The notes: generated by a model not told the origin, from the sequence alone. Shown: positions 47,320-55,765, counted from the stretch's first letter. The stretch is 64,000 bases of DNA from an uncultured Candidatus Saccharibacteria bacterium (GCA_964407105.1 CAYOUG010000003.1:8393-72392); one strand, 5' to 3'. Program-made: numbers and translations.

Positions 47320-48030
47320 TTAACAGATTGGGGTGATAAGCGCTATATGTTCCATAAGCATTTTTACCGATGGAGCTCTATCATAAAGATACTCTCTGAT
47401 CTGAGCAACTTGTTTTAATGCAAAAATTTTTTCTTTATCTAAATTTTTATTCCATTTTGTGTATAAAACAAATTCAAGATTATTTAAAAAATTAATCGCA
47501 CCAATTTTGTCTTTTTCTTCAATAATTTTTTCAAACATAGAAAGTCTAGACGCTTTGGATGCCGAAATAAATTTGGTTACAAGTGTTTTTTGTGTGTCGT
47601 TTTTAGAAAATGAATCGTTGTTTTTAGATAAATGAGAAATCACCATTACGCGAGATAAAACGGTGGGCAATAAAATATCAACAGATGGTACAATAATAAA
47701 AAAGTGTGTATTTTTCGTAGGCTCTTCAAGTATTTTTAAAAGAGAGTTTTGAGCTTCGTGAGTAATAAAATTAAGTGAAATAACAAATATTTTTCGACCG
47801 TTTTCTTCAAAAGATTTACGCGACTGCATATCTTTTAATAAACGTCCATCGTCAATTCCAAAAGACTCATAAGAAATGTGAACAAAATCGGGGTTGCTTT
47901 GGGTTTTATATTGAACATTAGAATTCAAAAAAACAACAAGAGCTTTGTGCACTTCCCCACTTTCACCTTCCAAAACATATGCATGATGAAGATTTTTGGT
48001 TCGCGTGTACACGTCTATCAGATTTTCCAT
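47320..48030 (-). CDS. DNA polymerase III delta-prime-like (clamp-loader AAA+) protein with a degenerate P-loop. The six-frame ORF extends into the G+C-rich block up to 48138.
   Basis: NLHHAYVLEGESGEVHKAL resembles the HolB N-terminal motif (HAYLF-G-GxGK) but lacks the conserved lysine. TATACT lies 7 nt upstream of the ATG at 48030. Confidence 0.45.
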   Translation of the reverse strand: MENLIDVYTRTKNLHHAYVLEGESGEVHKALVVFLNSNVQYKTQSNPDFVHISYESFGIDDGRLLKDMQSRKSFEENGRKIFVISLNFITHEAQNSLLKILEEPTKNTHFFIIVPSVDILLPTVLSRVMVISHLSKNNDSFSKNDTQKTLVTKFISASKASRLSMFEKIIEEKDKIGAINFLNNLEFVLYTKWNKNLDKEKIFALKQVAQIREYLYDRAPSVKMLMEHIALITPIC

Positions 48031-48044
48031 AAACATCAGTATAC

Positions 48045-48372
48045 ACCAAAGAAAAACCCCCACCTTTTCGTCCATACTACTCGGACAAGAAAGGAGGGGG
48101 CTGGGCAAGGTCTTTTCGATGTGTGTGTTCTCTCTCAATCAACATGGACCCGACATAGATGGAGAGGCACCAACGGTCTGCGCCGTCGATGACTTACGAC
48201 CAAGAAATGTTTCAATAAGGTGGCACAACCATCAGAAAGATTCCCCAAACTCGGAGGCACACCAGAATCAACGAGATCTTGGATAACACCAACGCTCAGA
48301 GGGACCCCGACAAAGAAGTTCCGAGCATTGTCACACCAAAAAGAACTGCTTAATATCAAGATATCACCCCCA
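48045..48372 (-). ncRNA. Candidate structured ncRNA of unknown class on the minus strand, ending in an intrinsic terminator at 48045..48100.
   Basis: The block between the second mreB paralogue and the delta-prime-like gene is G+C-rich and has no credible ORF; the 96-aa ORF at 48135..48425 overlaps the mreB paralogue. At the 3' end on the minus strand, the hairpin CCCCCUCCUUU...AAAGGUGGGGG is followed by UUUUUCUUU. Confidence 0.3.
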
Positions 48373-49386
48373 TTACCTTTTTGCAATAATAGTCTTTTTG
48401 TAAACGTCCAAATGTTCAAGAGCAATTCCAGTACCTTTTGCTACACAAAAAAGAGCGTCATCGGCAAGTTTTGCCTTCACACCCGTGCGACGATAAATAA
48501 GGTCTGGTAAATTGCGAAGCTGAGAAGATCCACCCGTCATAATAATGCCGTTGTCGATAATATCTGAGGCAAGCTCTGGTGGAGTATCCTGAAACACATC
48601 TTTAATTGCTTTTACAATTTCCCGAAGCTCTTTGTTTATTGCTTTTACAATTTCGTTTGTTTTAATTTCAATAGAACGAGGAAGGCCGGTGACGAAGTCA
48701 CGACCCTTAATAGTAACTGAGAGTTCCTCATCAAGCGGAATCGCTGAACCCACTTTTATTTTTATATCCTCAGCGGTTTTATCTCCAATACCAAGATTAA
48801 ATTGTTTTTTAATATAATCAGTAATCGCATAATCAATTTTATTGCCAGCGCATTTTACAGAAGTAGCTGCCACAATTCCGCCAAGAGAAATTACTGCCAC
48901 GTCTGTAGTACCACCACCAATATCTACAACCATATGCCCGAGTGCTTCTTGAATAGAAATGCCAGCACCAATAGCTGCGAGAATTGGTTCTTTCACCACG
49001 TACGCATTTTTTGCACCAGCACGTATCGCGGCCTCCACCACCGCACGACGCTCAGTAGATGTCACACCAGCAGGTACAGACACAAGCACTTCGGGTTTAA
49101 TAAGATTCCACTTTCCAAGCGCTTTGTTTATATAGTATCGAAGCATCGCTTCGGTTACGCGATAATCTGCAATCACCCCGTCTTTCATAGGACGATATGC
49201 AATGATGTTGTCTGGAGTGCGACCGATCATTGCTTTTGCTTCCAAACCAATCGCCATAATTTTATTGTCTTCCTCAGACACCGCCACCACAGACGGCTCG
49301 TTTAGCACAATTCCCTTACCCGGCACAAATACGAGCGTGCTTGTGGTGCCCAAATCAATTCCAAGTTTTTTTGAAAAAAATGCCAT
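48373..49386 (-). CDS. Second MreB/Mbl-family actin-like protein, a stand-alone paralogue.
   Basis: GIDLGTTSTLVFV and a full actin-fold motif set are present, in a 337-aa ORF. It is not linked to mreC or mreD. Confidence 0.85.
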   Translation of the reverse strand: MAFFSKKLGIDLGTTSTLVFVPGKGIVLNEPSVVAVSEEDNKIMAIGLEAKAMIGRTPDNIIAYRPMKDGVIADYRVTEAMLRYYINKALGKWNLIKPEVLVSVPAGVTSTERRAVVEAAIRAGAKNAYVVKEPILAAIGAGISIQEALGHMVVDIGGGTTDVAVISLGGIVAATSVKCAGNKIDYAITDYIKKQFNLGIGDKTAEDIKIKVGSAIPLDEELSVTIKGRDFVTGLPRSIEIKTNEIVKAINKELREIVKAIKDVFQDTPPELASDIIDNGIIMTGGSSQLRNLPDLIYRRTGVKAKLADDALFCVAKGTGIALEHLDVYKKTIIAKR

Positions 49387-49434
49387 AGTGATGGCACTAT
49401 CATAAGGGTTTTAATGGAGTTTTACAAATATATA

Positions 49435-49468
49435 GAAAAGAAAAAGCCGCACCTTTTTAAAGCGCGGC
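49435..49468 (-). terminator. Intrinsic terminator for the G+C-rich islet gene (GCCGCGC...GTGCGGC followed by TTTTTCTTTTC on the minus strand).
   Basis: A 6/7-bp G+C stem with a T-rich tail on the minus strand, 30 nt after the stop at 49498. Confidence 0.5.
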
Positions 49469-49497
49469 AAAATGAGTACGGAAACCAGTGTCAGTAG

Positions 49498-50022
49498 TCA
49501 GAGTAAACGACGGTTTGAGAAGTCTGTTCCTTCGTAACGCTCGAGAGAAACTTCTTCGGCATCATGAAGCCTTCTCCTGGACACATCGATATATCTCAAG
49601 GGCCCATCGACCAAATAAGTCCACATGGCAAGATAGCCACATCTCTCAATCACGAAGGTGCTCAGAGGAGAGCCATCAGTGGGAAACCAAACATTGCCTT
49701 GAGGCAAACTGTTTTGGATTTGTCGACAAAGAACTTTTCCAGAGAATGGTGCGACAATCCCATGCCTGTTGCCATCAAGCACATACTGACCGTGAATATC
49801 AGTCCAAACCTCTTTCACAAAACAACCACCAATTTCCCAGAAGAAACTCCTCGCCTTACGATCAGACTTAACAGTAAGATCTATGAAATCGATTCGTTTT
49901 CCAAGAACAATCTCGATAACTCGACGAGACGCCTCAATAGCAGCAGTTGCAGACGACACAATTTCAACTTTCGGCATTTCTATCTCCTGTCTCAGGAAAT
50001 CATGAGGAACAATTTCACTCAT
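49498..50022 (-). CDS. Orphan hypothetical protein on a G+C-rich islet. The start was chosen at MSEIVPHD; the six-frame ORF extends to 50079 and is partly G+C-poor.
   Basis: It is G+C-rich, starting at about 174 aa and open for 193 codons. A consensus promoter (TTGACA-N17-TATTAT) places the transcription start near 50044, and a GGTGG lies just upstream of the ATG at 50022. I see no recognisable domain. Confidence 0.5.
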   Translation of the reverse strand: MSEIVPHDFLRQEIEMPKVEIVSSATAAIEASRRVIEIVLGKRIDFIDLTVKSDRKARSFFWEIGGCFVKEVWTDIHGQYVLDGNRHGIVAPFSGKVLCRQIQNSLPQGNVWFPTDGSPLSTFVIERCGYLAMWTYLVDGPLRYIDVSRRRLHDAEEVSLERYEGTDFSNRRLL

Positions 50023-50050
50023 GGCCACCGTCACAGTGGCATTAAAAATA

Positions 50051-50079
50051 ATAATACAGTATAAAATTATATTTGTCAA
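50051..50079 (-). promoter_or_regulatory. Near-consensus sigma-70 promoter on the minus strand, TTGACA-N17-TATTAT with TG adjacent.
   Basis: The minus strand reads TTGACAaatataattttatacTGTATTAT. It drives the islet ORF 49498..50022. Confidence 0.5.
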
Positions 50080-50087
50080 AATTAGAA

Positions 50088-50196
50088 AATCTCAAAACCA
50101 TGTTGAGAAAAGCATCGCGCAGGGGCGACGGCCCCGAGCGTAGCAGCAATCGCAACAGCGATTGACGCGTGGTTTTCGAAACACGGTTTTGAGATT
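50088..50196. repeat. A 15-bp imperfect inverted repeat (AATCTCAAAACCATG / CACGGTTTTGAGATT, one mismatch) bracketing a 79-nt G+C-rich segment between two divergent promoters.
   Basis: The arms are at 50088-50102 and 50182-50196. The interior contains GGGGC-GACG-GCCCC and ATCGC-AACA-GCGAT hairpins. It could be a MITE-like element or an operator for the adjacent XRE-HTH protein. Confidence 0.45.
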
Positions 50197-50203
50197 GACA
50201 ACA

Positions 50204-50231
50204 TTGAACAACATAGCACATATGCTATACT
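50204..50231 (+). promoter_or_regulatory. Promoter TTGAAC-N16-TATACT placed 6 nt upstream of the HTH-murA ATG, implying a leaderless mRNA.
   Basis: The plus strand reads TTGAAC-aacatagcacatatgc-TATACT-ttcctc-ATG. An additional TTGACA lies at 50195-50200. Confidence 0.4.
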
Positions 50232-50237
50232 TTCCTC

Positions 50238-51749
50238 ATGTCTACATCATCAAACCCACTCGCCAAACTTATTGCCAATCTTCGTGAGGAAAGAGGAATT
50301 ACTCAAGAACAATTTGCCAAAAAACTTGGCACCACACAAAGCGCCATTGCTCGCATTGAAAAAGGAGAGCAAAACCTTACCACCGAAATGATCGCAAAGA
50401 TTAGTGAAGCGCTCAATCATGATATTGTTCAACTTTCTACTGGAGCTATAAACATAGAAATAGAGGGTGGCAAAAAACTATCTGGAGAAATTATTACAAA
50501 AACTTCAAAAAATGGCGCAATGGGAATTCTTTGTGCTTCCCTTCTAAATAAAAACACCACCCTCATAAAAAATGTTCCAAAAATAGAAGAGGTGCATCGT
50601 ATGATAGAAGTACTACAAAGTATTGGTGTACATGTATTATGGCGAGGTAATGATTTAGAAATCGCACCCCCAGAAAAACTTTCACTTGAAAAAATCGACA
50701 TTGCTGCTGCAGAAAAAACCCGAAGCATTATCATGCTTATTGGGCCACTCATTCACCTCCTCTCTTCATTTTCACTACCCCAGCCGGGTGGATGCAAACT
50801 CGGCTCACGCACAGTACGCCCACATTTTTTTGCCCTTGAAAAACTTGGTGTAAAAATAAAAACAACATCAGAACACTACGAAGTAAAAGTACCAAAACTT
50901 AAAGCAAACGAAATTGTACTTTACGAAAGTGGAGACACGGTAACAGAAAACGTACTTATGGCAGCGGCGCGCATAGACGGTGTGACCACCATTAAATTTG
51001 CTTCAGCCAATTACATGGGGCAAGAGCTTTGTTTTTTTCTTGAAAAACTTGGCGTAAAAGTAGAAGGTATAGGCACCACAACACTTGTCGTGCATGGAAA
51101 AAAAGATATCGATGTGCCGGTTACATATTATTTAAGTGAAGATCCTATCGAATCAATGTTTTTCATTACGGTAGCTATTGTTACCAATTCTTCTATTACC
51201 ATCAAACGTTGCCCTATCGACTTTTTAGAAATCGAACTTTTGAAGCTTGAAAAAATGGGATTTAAATATAAAATTTTAAAAAAATACAAAGCAGAAAATG
51301 GTCATACAAATCTTGTAGATATAAAAACAGCGCCTTCAAAACTCACAGCACTCGAAGAAAAAATAGAATGCCGACCATACCCCGGTCTAAATATAGACAA
51401 CCTTCCTTTTTTTGCAGTTATTGCAACCCAAACAAAAGGTACCACATTTATTCATGATTGGGTTTATGAAAAACGTGCGGTGCACTACAAAGAACTCGAC
51501 AAACTTGGAGCTGATACACTTCTTGCCGATCCACACCGCATGTATATCACCGGTCCCACCAAACTTAAGCCAGCAGAAGTGATATGTCCACCCGCCCTTC
51601 GTCCTGCCGCAATCATTCTTATAGGCATGCTTGGTGCTCAAGGTCGTTCGGTTTTACGCAATATTTACAGTATTAATCGAGGTTATGAAGATATTATTGT
51701 GCGTCTAAATAGTATTGGTGCAAAAATAAAAATATTGCGAGAGTTGTAA
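50238..51749 (+). CDS. murA: Fusion protein made of an N-terminal XRE-family helix-turn-helix domain joined to UDP-N-acetylglucosamine 1-carboxyvinyltransferase (MurA).
   Basis: Residues about 1-70 are LIANLREERGITQEQFAKKLGTTQSAIARIEKGEQNLTTEMIAKISEALN (HTH_XRE). Residues about 75-503 are a full-length EPSP-synthase-fold MurA (…KLSGEIITKTSKNGAMGILCASLL…GGCKLGSRTVRPHFFALEKLGVK…). Confidence 0.8.
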   Translation: MSTSSNPLAKLIANLREERGITQEQFAKKLGTTQSAIARIEKGEQNLTTEMIAKISEALNHDIVQLSTGAINIEIEGGKKLSGEIITKTSKNGAMGILCASLLNKNTTLIKNVPKIEEVHRMIEVLQSIGVHVLWRGNDLEIAPPEKLSLEKIDIAAAEKTRSIIMLIGPLIHLLSSFSLPQPGGCKLGSRTVRPHFFALEKLGVKIKTTSEHYEVKVPKLKANEIVLYESGDTVTENVLMAAARIDGVTTIKFASANYMGQELCFFLEKLGVKVEGIGTTTLVVHGKKDIDVPVTYYLSEDPIESMFFITVAIVTNSSITIKRCPIDFLEIELLKLEKMGFKYKILKKYKAENGHTNLVDIKTAPSKLTALEEKIECRPYPGLNIDNLPFFAVIATQTKGTTFIHDWVYEKRAVHYKELDKLGADTLLADPHRMYITGPTKLKPAEVICPPALRPAAIILIGMLGAQGRSVLRNIYSINRGYEDIIVRLNSIGAKIKILREL

Positions 51750-51762
51750 GTAACCATTAGTA

Positions 51763-53700
51763 TTGAGGATAATGAAAGTCGTCCATGTAATTCCAATTTC
51801 CAAAGGCATTCTCTCAGAACGTTTGTCATATTTTACTTCTCAAGACGTACCGCTTGGAAGTACGGTTTCTGTTCCTTTGCGCAAAAAAATTGTGCACGCA
51901 ATAGTTGTTGAAAAAGAAGATGTGAGTGATATAAAATCAAACTTAAAATCTTCGACTTTCGCCTTACGAAAAATGGAGAATGTAGAAAGTCATGAACTTT
52001 TAAGTGAAGAGTTTATTGAGAGCGTAAAAGAAACCGCTGATTATTACGCTTCTTCCACGGGTAGTTTGCTTCACACACTTGTTCCAAAAATTCTTCTTTC
52101 AAATTTAAATAGTATTAAAAATTTAAGTAACGATAAGAAAGAAAATATAGAAAAAGGGGGCGCGAGCGAAGCGAGCGCCGAACAACTCGTATTACAAGCA
52201 GACGATGAAGAACGTTTTGCAAATTACAAAAGTCTAATTCGAGAAGAATTTGCTCAACACACATCTGTGTTTGTTTGTGTACCCACAATAGAAGATGTAA
52301 AAAAAGCACAAACTGCACTTGAAAAAGGTATCGAAAAATACACCTATACATTTCACAGCGGTCTCACAAAAAAAGAGTTTATTGAATCTTGGAACAAACT
52401 TTTCGAAGAAACACACCCCGTACTTATTGTTGCCACAGGACAATATATTTGCATACCACGTAAAGATGTAAAAACAATTATTGTTGAGCGTGAAGGTTCG
52501 CGCGCATACAAAACACCCGCTAAACCATTTATAGATATTCGTACATTTGTTGGTATTTATGCAAAAAAAACACATGCCAAGCTTTTACTTGGCGACATGC
52601 TTTTACGTGCCGAAACAATTTGGAAACTAAAAAACGATGAGTTTGTAGAATTTTCACCACTTAAATTTAGATCGGTTACAAGCGCTGAGCAAATAATTGT
52701 CGATACAAGAAAAAGTGACAAAGAAGACGATCAAAAAAACAAATCATTCACAGTATTATCTGAAGAAATAAAAAAACTTATAGAGTGGAACAAAGAACGC
52801 AGTGAAAATTTATTTATTTTTTGTGTACGCAAAGGACTTGCACCACTCACAATATGTGGTGATTGTGGAATGGTCGCTACGTGTAGTGTGTGTAGTGCTC
52901 CTGTGGTACTACATGGTGGTGCAAACGCTGAGGAGGAGAGATATTTTGAATGTCATACGTGTGGCAAAAGACGAAGCACAAAGGAACTCTGTAAAAATTG
53001 TCAGAGCTGGAAACTCACCACACTTGGTGTTGGTATTGAACTTATTGAACATGAAATAAAAGCTCTTTTTCCTGGGGTTAAAGTATTTCGTCTCGACACA
53101 CAAATAGCAACCACGCATAAAAAAGCAACCGACATTGTAAATAAATTTTATAATACACCCGGAAGTGTTTTACTTGGCACCGAAATGGCCCTTTTGTATT
53201 TAAATAAATCAATTGAAAACACGGCGGTAGCCTCAATCGATTCCCTATTTTCTCTTCCAGACTTTCGTGTTGGAGAAAAAATTCTTTCAATCTTATTAAA
53301 AATCCGTTCCATTGCAAAAGAAAATTTTGTACTTCAAACACGCAATCCTGAAGAAAAAATTTTTGATTATGCAATAAAAGGCAACCTCGCTGATTTTTAT
53401 CGCGATGAAATAGAGGAAAGAAAAGCGTTTGGTTATCCCCCATTTTCAGTGTTTATAAAAATCACCCTACAAGGAGAAGAAAAAACCGTCGAAACAGAAA
53501 TGAAAAGAGTGGCAGCTCTTTGTGCACCATACGAAACAGATATTTTTACGGCACTTACATCACGTATAAAAAATAAACATGTCATGCACGCTCTAATAAA
53601 AATACCACGCGAAGATTGGGTAGATCAAAAACTTTTAGCAACACTTCGCAAATTACCACCACAATATATGATAAAGGTTGATCCAGAGAGTATTTTGTAG
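51763..53700 (+). CDS. priA: Primosomal protein N' (PriA)-like, with an intact Cys-rich zinc-binding region but degenerate Walker A and B motifs.
   Basis: There is an N-terminal 3'-DNA-binding-like region. The CxxC clusters are CGDCGMVATCSVCSAPV...CHTCGKRRSTKELCKNCQ. Where DEEH is expected the sequence reads IIVEREGSRAYK, and no GxGKT P-loop is evident. The gene is followed by def-fmt as in canonical priA operons. Confidence 0.7.
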   Translation: MRIMKVVHVIPISKGILSERLSYFTSQDVPLGSTVSVPLRKKIVHAIVVEKEDVSDIKSNLKSSTFALRKMENVESHELLSEEFIESVKETADYYASSTGSLLHTLVPKILLSNLNSIKNLSNDKKENIEKGGASEASAEQLVLQADDEERFANYKSLIREEFAQHTSVFVCVPTIEDVKKAQTALEKGIEKYTYTFHSGLTKKEFIESWNKLFEETHPVLIVATGQYICIPRKDVKTIIVEREGSRAYKTPAKPFIDIRTFVGIYAKKTHAKLLLGDMLLRAETIWKLKNDEFVEFSPLKFRSVTSAEQIIVDTRKSDKEDDQKNKSFTVLSEEIKKLIEWNKERSENLFIFCVRKGLAPLTICGDCGMVATCSVCSAPVVLHGGANAEEERYFECHTCGKRRSTKELCKNCQSWKLTTLGVGIELIEHEIKALFPGVKVFRLDTQIATTHKKATDIVNKFYNTPGSVLLGTEMALLYLNKSIENTAVASIDSLFSLPDFRVGEKILSILLKIRSIAKENFVLQTRNPEEKIFDYAIKGNLADFYRDEIEERKAFGYPPFSVFIKITLQGEEKTVETEMKRVAALCAPYETDIFTALTSRIKNKHVMHALIKIPREDWVDQKLLATLRKLPPQYMIKVDPESIL

Positions 53701-53707
53701 TATATAA

Positions 53708-54232
53708 TTGAACAACATGAATATAATTGTCCAAAAAAATGATCCCGTATTGCGAGCAAAGGTGTCTCTTGTGCCAACAAAAGACATTACTTCAGATCGT
53801 ATTAAAAGTGTGATTGCTCAAATGAAAGAGGCCCTTTTGTCTCAAGATGATGGTGTAGCTATAGCCGCACCACAAATTGGCGAGTCTCTAGCAATATTTG
53901 TCGTATCCCATAAAGTTTTTGCTATGGAAAAAGATGATGAGAAAAACCTAAACAAATACAGTGATATGATTTTTATAAATCCAGAAATAAAAAAACTTTC
54001 AAAAACCACAAAAATGCTCGAAGAAGGTTGTTTGAGTGTTAGATATCTATATGGAAAAGTAAGACGTTCAACAAAAGCAATGATAGAGGCCTACGACGAA
54101 AATGGAAAAAAATTTACAAAGGGCGCAAGCGGGATTCTTGCACAAATATTTCAACACGAAACAGATCATTTAAATGGGGTGCTTTTTACCGATAAAGCTG
54201 TTGCACTTGAAGAAATTCCACCAAAAAATTAA
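53708..54232 (+). CDS. def: Peptide deformylase.
   Basis: All three motifs are present: GVAIAAPQIG, EGCLS, QHETDHLNG. Confidence 0.9.
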   Translation: MNNMNIIVQKNDPVLRAKVSLVPTKDITSDRIKSVIAQMKEALLSQDDGVAIAAPQIGESLAIFVVSHKVFAMEKDDEKNLNKYSDMIFINPEIKKLSKTTKMLEEGCLSVRYLYGKVRRSTKAMIEAYDENGKKFTKGASGILAQIFQHETDHLNGVLFTDKAVALEEIPPKN

Positions 54233-54268
54233 TACTGGTTTGATTTTTATACACCTTTTTATAAACCA

Positions 54269-55165
54269 ATGAATAATCCAAAAAAAAATATAGATATTAA
54301 ATTTACATTTTTTGGAACATCTAATTTTTCCGTATATGTTCTTGATGCTCTTAAAGAAAAAGGATTAATACCATCAAACATAGTAACCACACCAGACAAA
54401 CCACAAGGTCGCAATTTAATACTTACACCATCACCAGTAAAAGTATGGGCAATGGAACACAACATTCCTTTTATTCAACCAGAAAAACTTCGCGAAAAAC
54501 CACAAAATACAATCCCAAAAGAATTATTTGAAACATTACAAAGTTATAAAAGCGATGTTTTTATCGTAGCTTCATATGGAAATATTATTCCACAAGAAAT
54601 ACTTGATATTCCCTCACACAAAACACTCAATGTTCATCCATCTTTATTGCCAAAACTTCGTGGAGCATCACCCTTGCAAAGTGCAATTTTACACGAAGAA
54701 AAAACAGGTGTCACCATTATGCGTTTAGACGACAAAATGGATCATGGGCCTATAGTGGCACAAGAAAATGTAGAGGTGTCACCGTGGCCACCACACTACG
54801 GAACACTTGAAAAGCTTCTTGGCGTGAGTGGTGGCCACCTTCTTGCTAACACACTTCCAGCATGGATTGCCGGAGAGGTTGTTGAACAAGAACAAAATCA
54901 TAACATTGCCACTTACACCAAAAAAATTGAAAAAATCGATGGAGAGATAAATCTTGCCGACGATCCACAAACAAATCTTCGAAAAATCTATGCTTTTGAA
55001 CAGTGGCCTAATACATATTTTTTTGTAGAAAAACAAAACAACACAAAGGTCCGCGTCATCATTAAAGACGCTCGTATCAACGAAAAAGGAGAACTAGAAA
55101 TCACACGGATTATACCTGAGGGGAAAAAAGAAATGAATTATCGAGATTTTCTAAAAGGATTATAA
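54269..55165 (+). CDS. fmt: Methionyl-tRNA formyltransferase.
   Basis: FFGTSNFSV... is the N-terminal start of the formyltransferase domain, and HPSLLPKLRGASPLQ is the catalytic loop. The gene lies downstream of def. Confidence 0.9.
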   Translation: MNNPKKNIDIKFTFFGTSNFSVYVLDALKEKGLIPSNIVTTPDKPQGRNLILTPSPVKVWAMEHNIPFIQPEKLREKPQNTIPKELFETLQSYKSDVFIVASYGNIIPQEILDIPSHKTLNVHPSLLPKLRGASPLQSAILHEEKTGVTIMRLDDKMDHGPIVAQENVEVSPWPPHYGTLEKLLGVSGGHLLANTLPAWIAGEVVEQEQNHNIATYTKKIEKIDGEINLADDPQTNLRKIYAFEQWPNTYFFVEKQNNTKVRVIIKDARINEKGELEITRIIPEGKKEMNYRDFLKGL

Positions 55166-55515
55166 AAACCCTTAATAATATTTTTTATTGTTGCACCGCC
55201 GCGACGCAAAAGTGTTTGGCGTTTTGTTTTATGAGATTTCATAGCTGCCATTATTTCATCTTTCACCTCATCAATAGAAGCGTGCAATGAATTGGTTTCT
55301 GAAACAGCGCGAAAATCTTTACCCTTTGTATTACAATTTATTTCTGCACGAAAAATATCTCCGCCGGTGTGATGATTGGTTGTACGTCCAAGTTCTATTT
55401 CACAAAACATCTGATCATCGTTTACAATTTTTTCAAGAGCTACAAGTTTTTTGTCCAAATAATCTGATGTCTCTGGCGCAATAACGATATTTGTTGCTTT
55501 GATATTTGTTTTCAT
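55138..55515 (-). CDS. hpf: Ribosome hibernation promoting factor (RaiA/HPF, S30EA family).
   Basis: A 125-aa ORF with a typical HPF fold sequence (MKTNIKATNIVIAPETSDYLDKKL...). Confidence 0.8.
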   Translation of the reverse strand: MKTNIKATNIVIAPETSDYLDKKLVALEKIVNDDQMFCEIELGRTTNHHTGGDIFRAEINCNTKGKDFRAVSETNSLHASIDEVKDEIMAAMKSHKTKRQTLLRRGGATIKNIIKGFYNPFRKSR

Positions 55516-55537
55516 ACTTCAAGTATAACAACAAGGA

Positions 55538-55762
55538 TTAGTCTAAATCAACTGACACAATTTTACTTGGTGAATGGTGGCCAGAAATAATGCGTATTTT
55601 GCCTATGGGTAAAGAAAAGTGGTTTGCTACAAGCTCACGAATACGCACATTAGCCATATTTTGCTTTGCTTTTTCTCTTACTGAAATTTTAAAATGATCG
55701 GTAGATATTTTTTCTAATAATTCTTTTTTCGCACCAGCTAAGGCACGTATTTTTACATACAT
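55538..55762 (-). CDS. DUF167/YggU-family small protein.
   Basis: A 74-aa ORF (MYVKIRALAGAKKELLEKI...VRIRELVANHFSLPIGKIRIISGHHSPSKIVSV) matching the UPF0235 pattern. Confidence 0.55.
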   Translation of the reverse strand: MYVKIRALAGAKKELLEKISTDHFKISVREKAKQNMANVRIRELVANHFSLPIGKIRIISGHHSPSKIVSVDLD

Positions 55763-55765
55763 ACT

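Noticed and set aside
48096-48372. Plus-strand tmRNA (ssrA): GGGGGCTGGGCAAGGTCTTTTCGATG resembles the tmRNA 5' end (GGGGCUGAUUCUGGAUUCGAC)
   Set aside because: There is no T-arm (GGTTCGAnTCC) and no 3' acceptor strand complementary to GGGGGCT anywhere downstream. A 350-nt RNA would run into the mreB-paralogue CDS, and candidate tag reading frames do not end in a hydrophobic A/L-rich tail. I kept it only as an unclassified ncRNA candidate on the opposite strand.
50101-50166. 21-aa ORF (MLRKASRRGDGPERSSNRNSD) inside the MITE-like element
   Set aside because: It has no ribosome-binding site and is too short. The region is better explained as structured or regulatory DNA.
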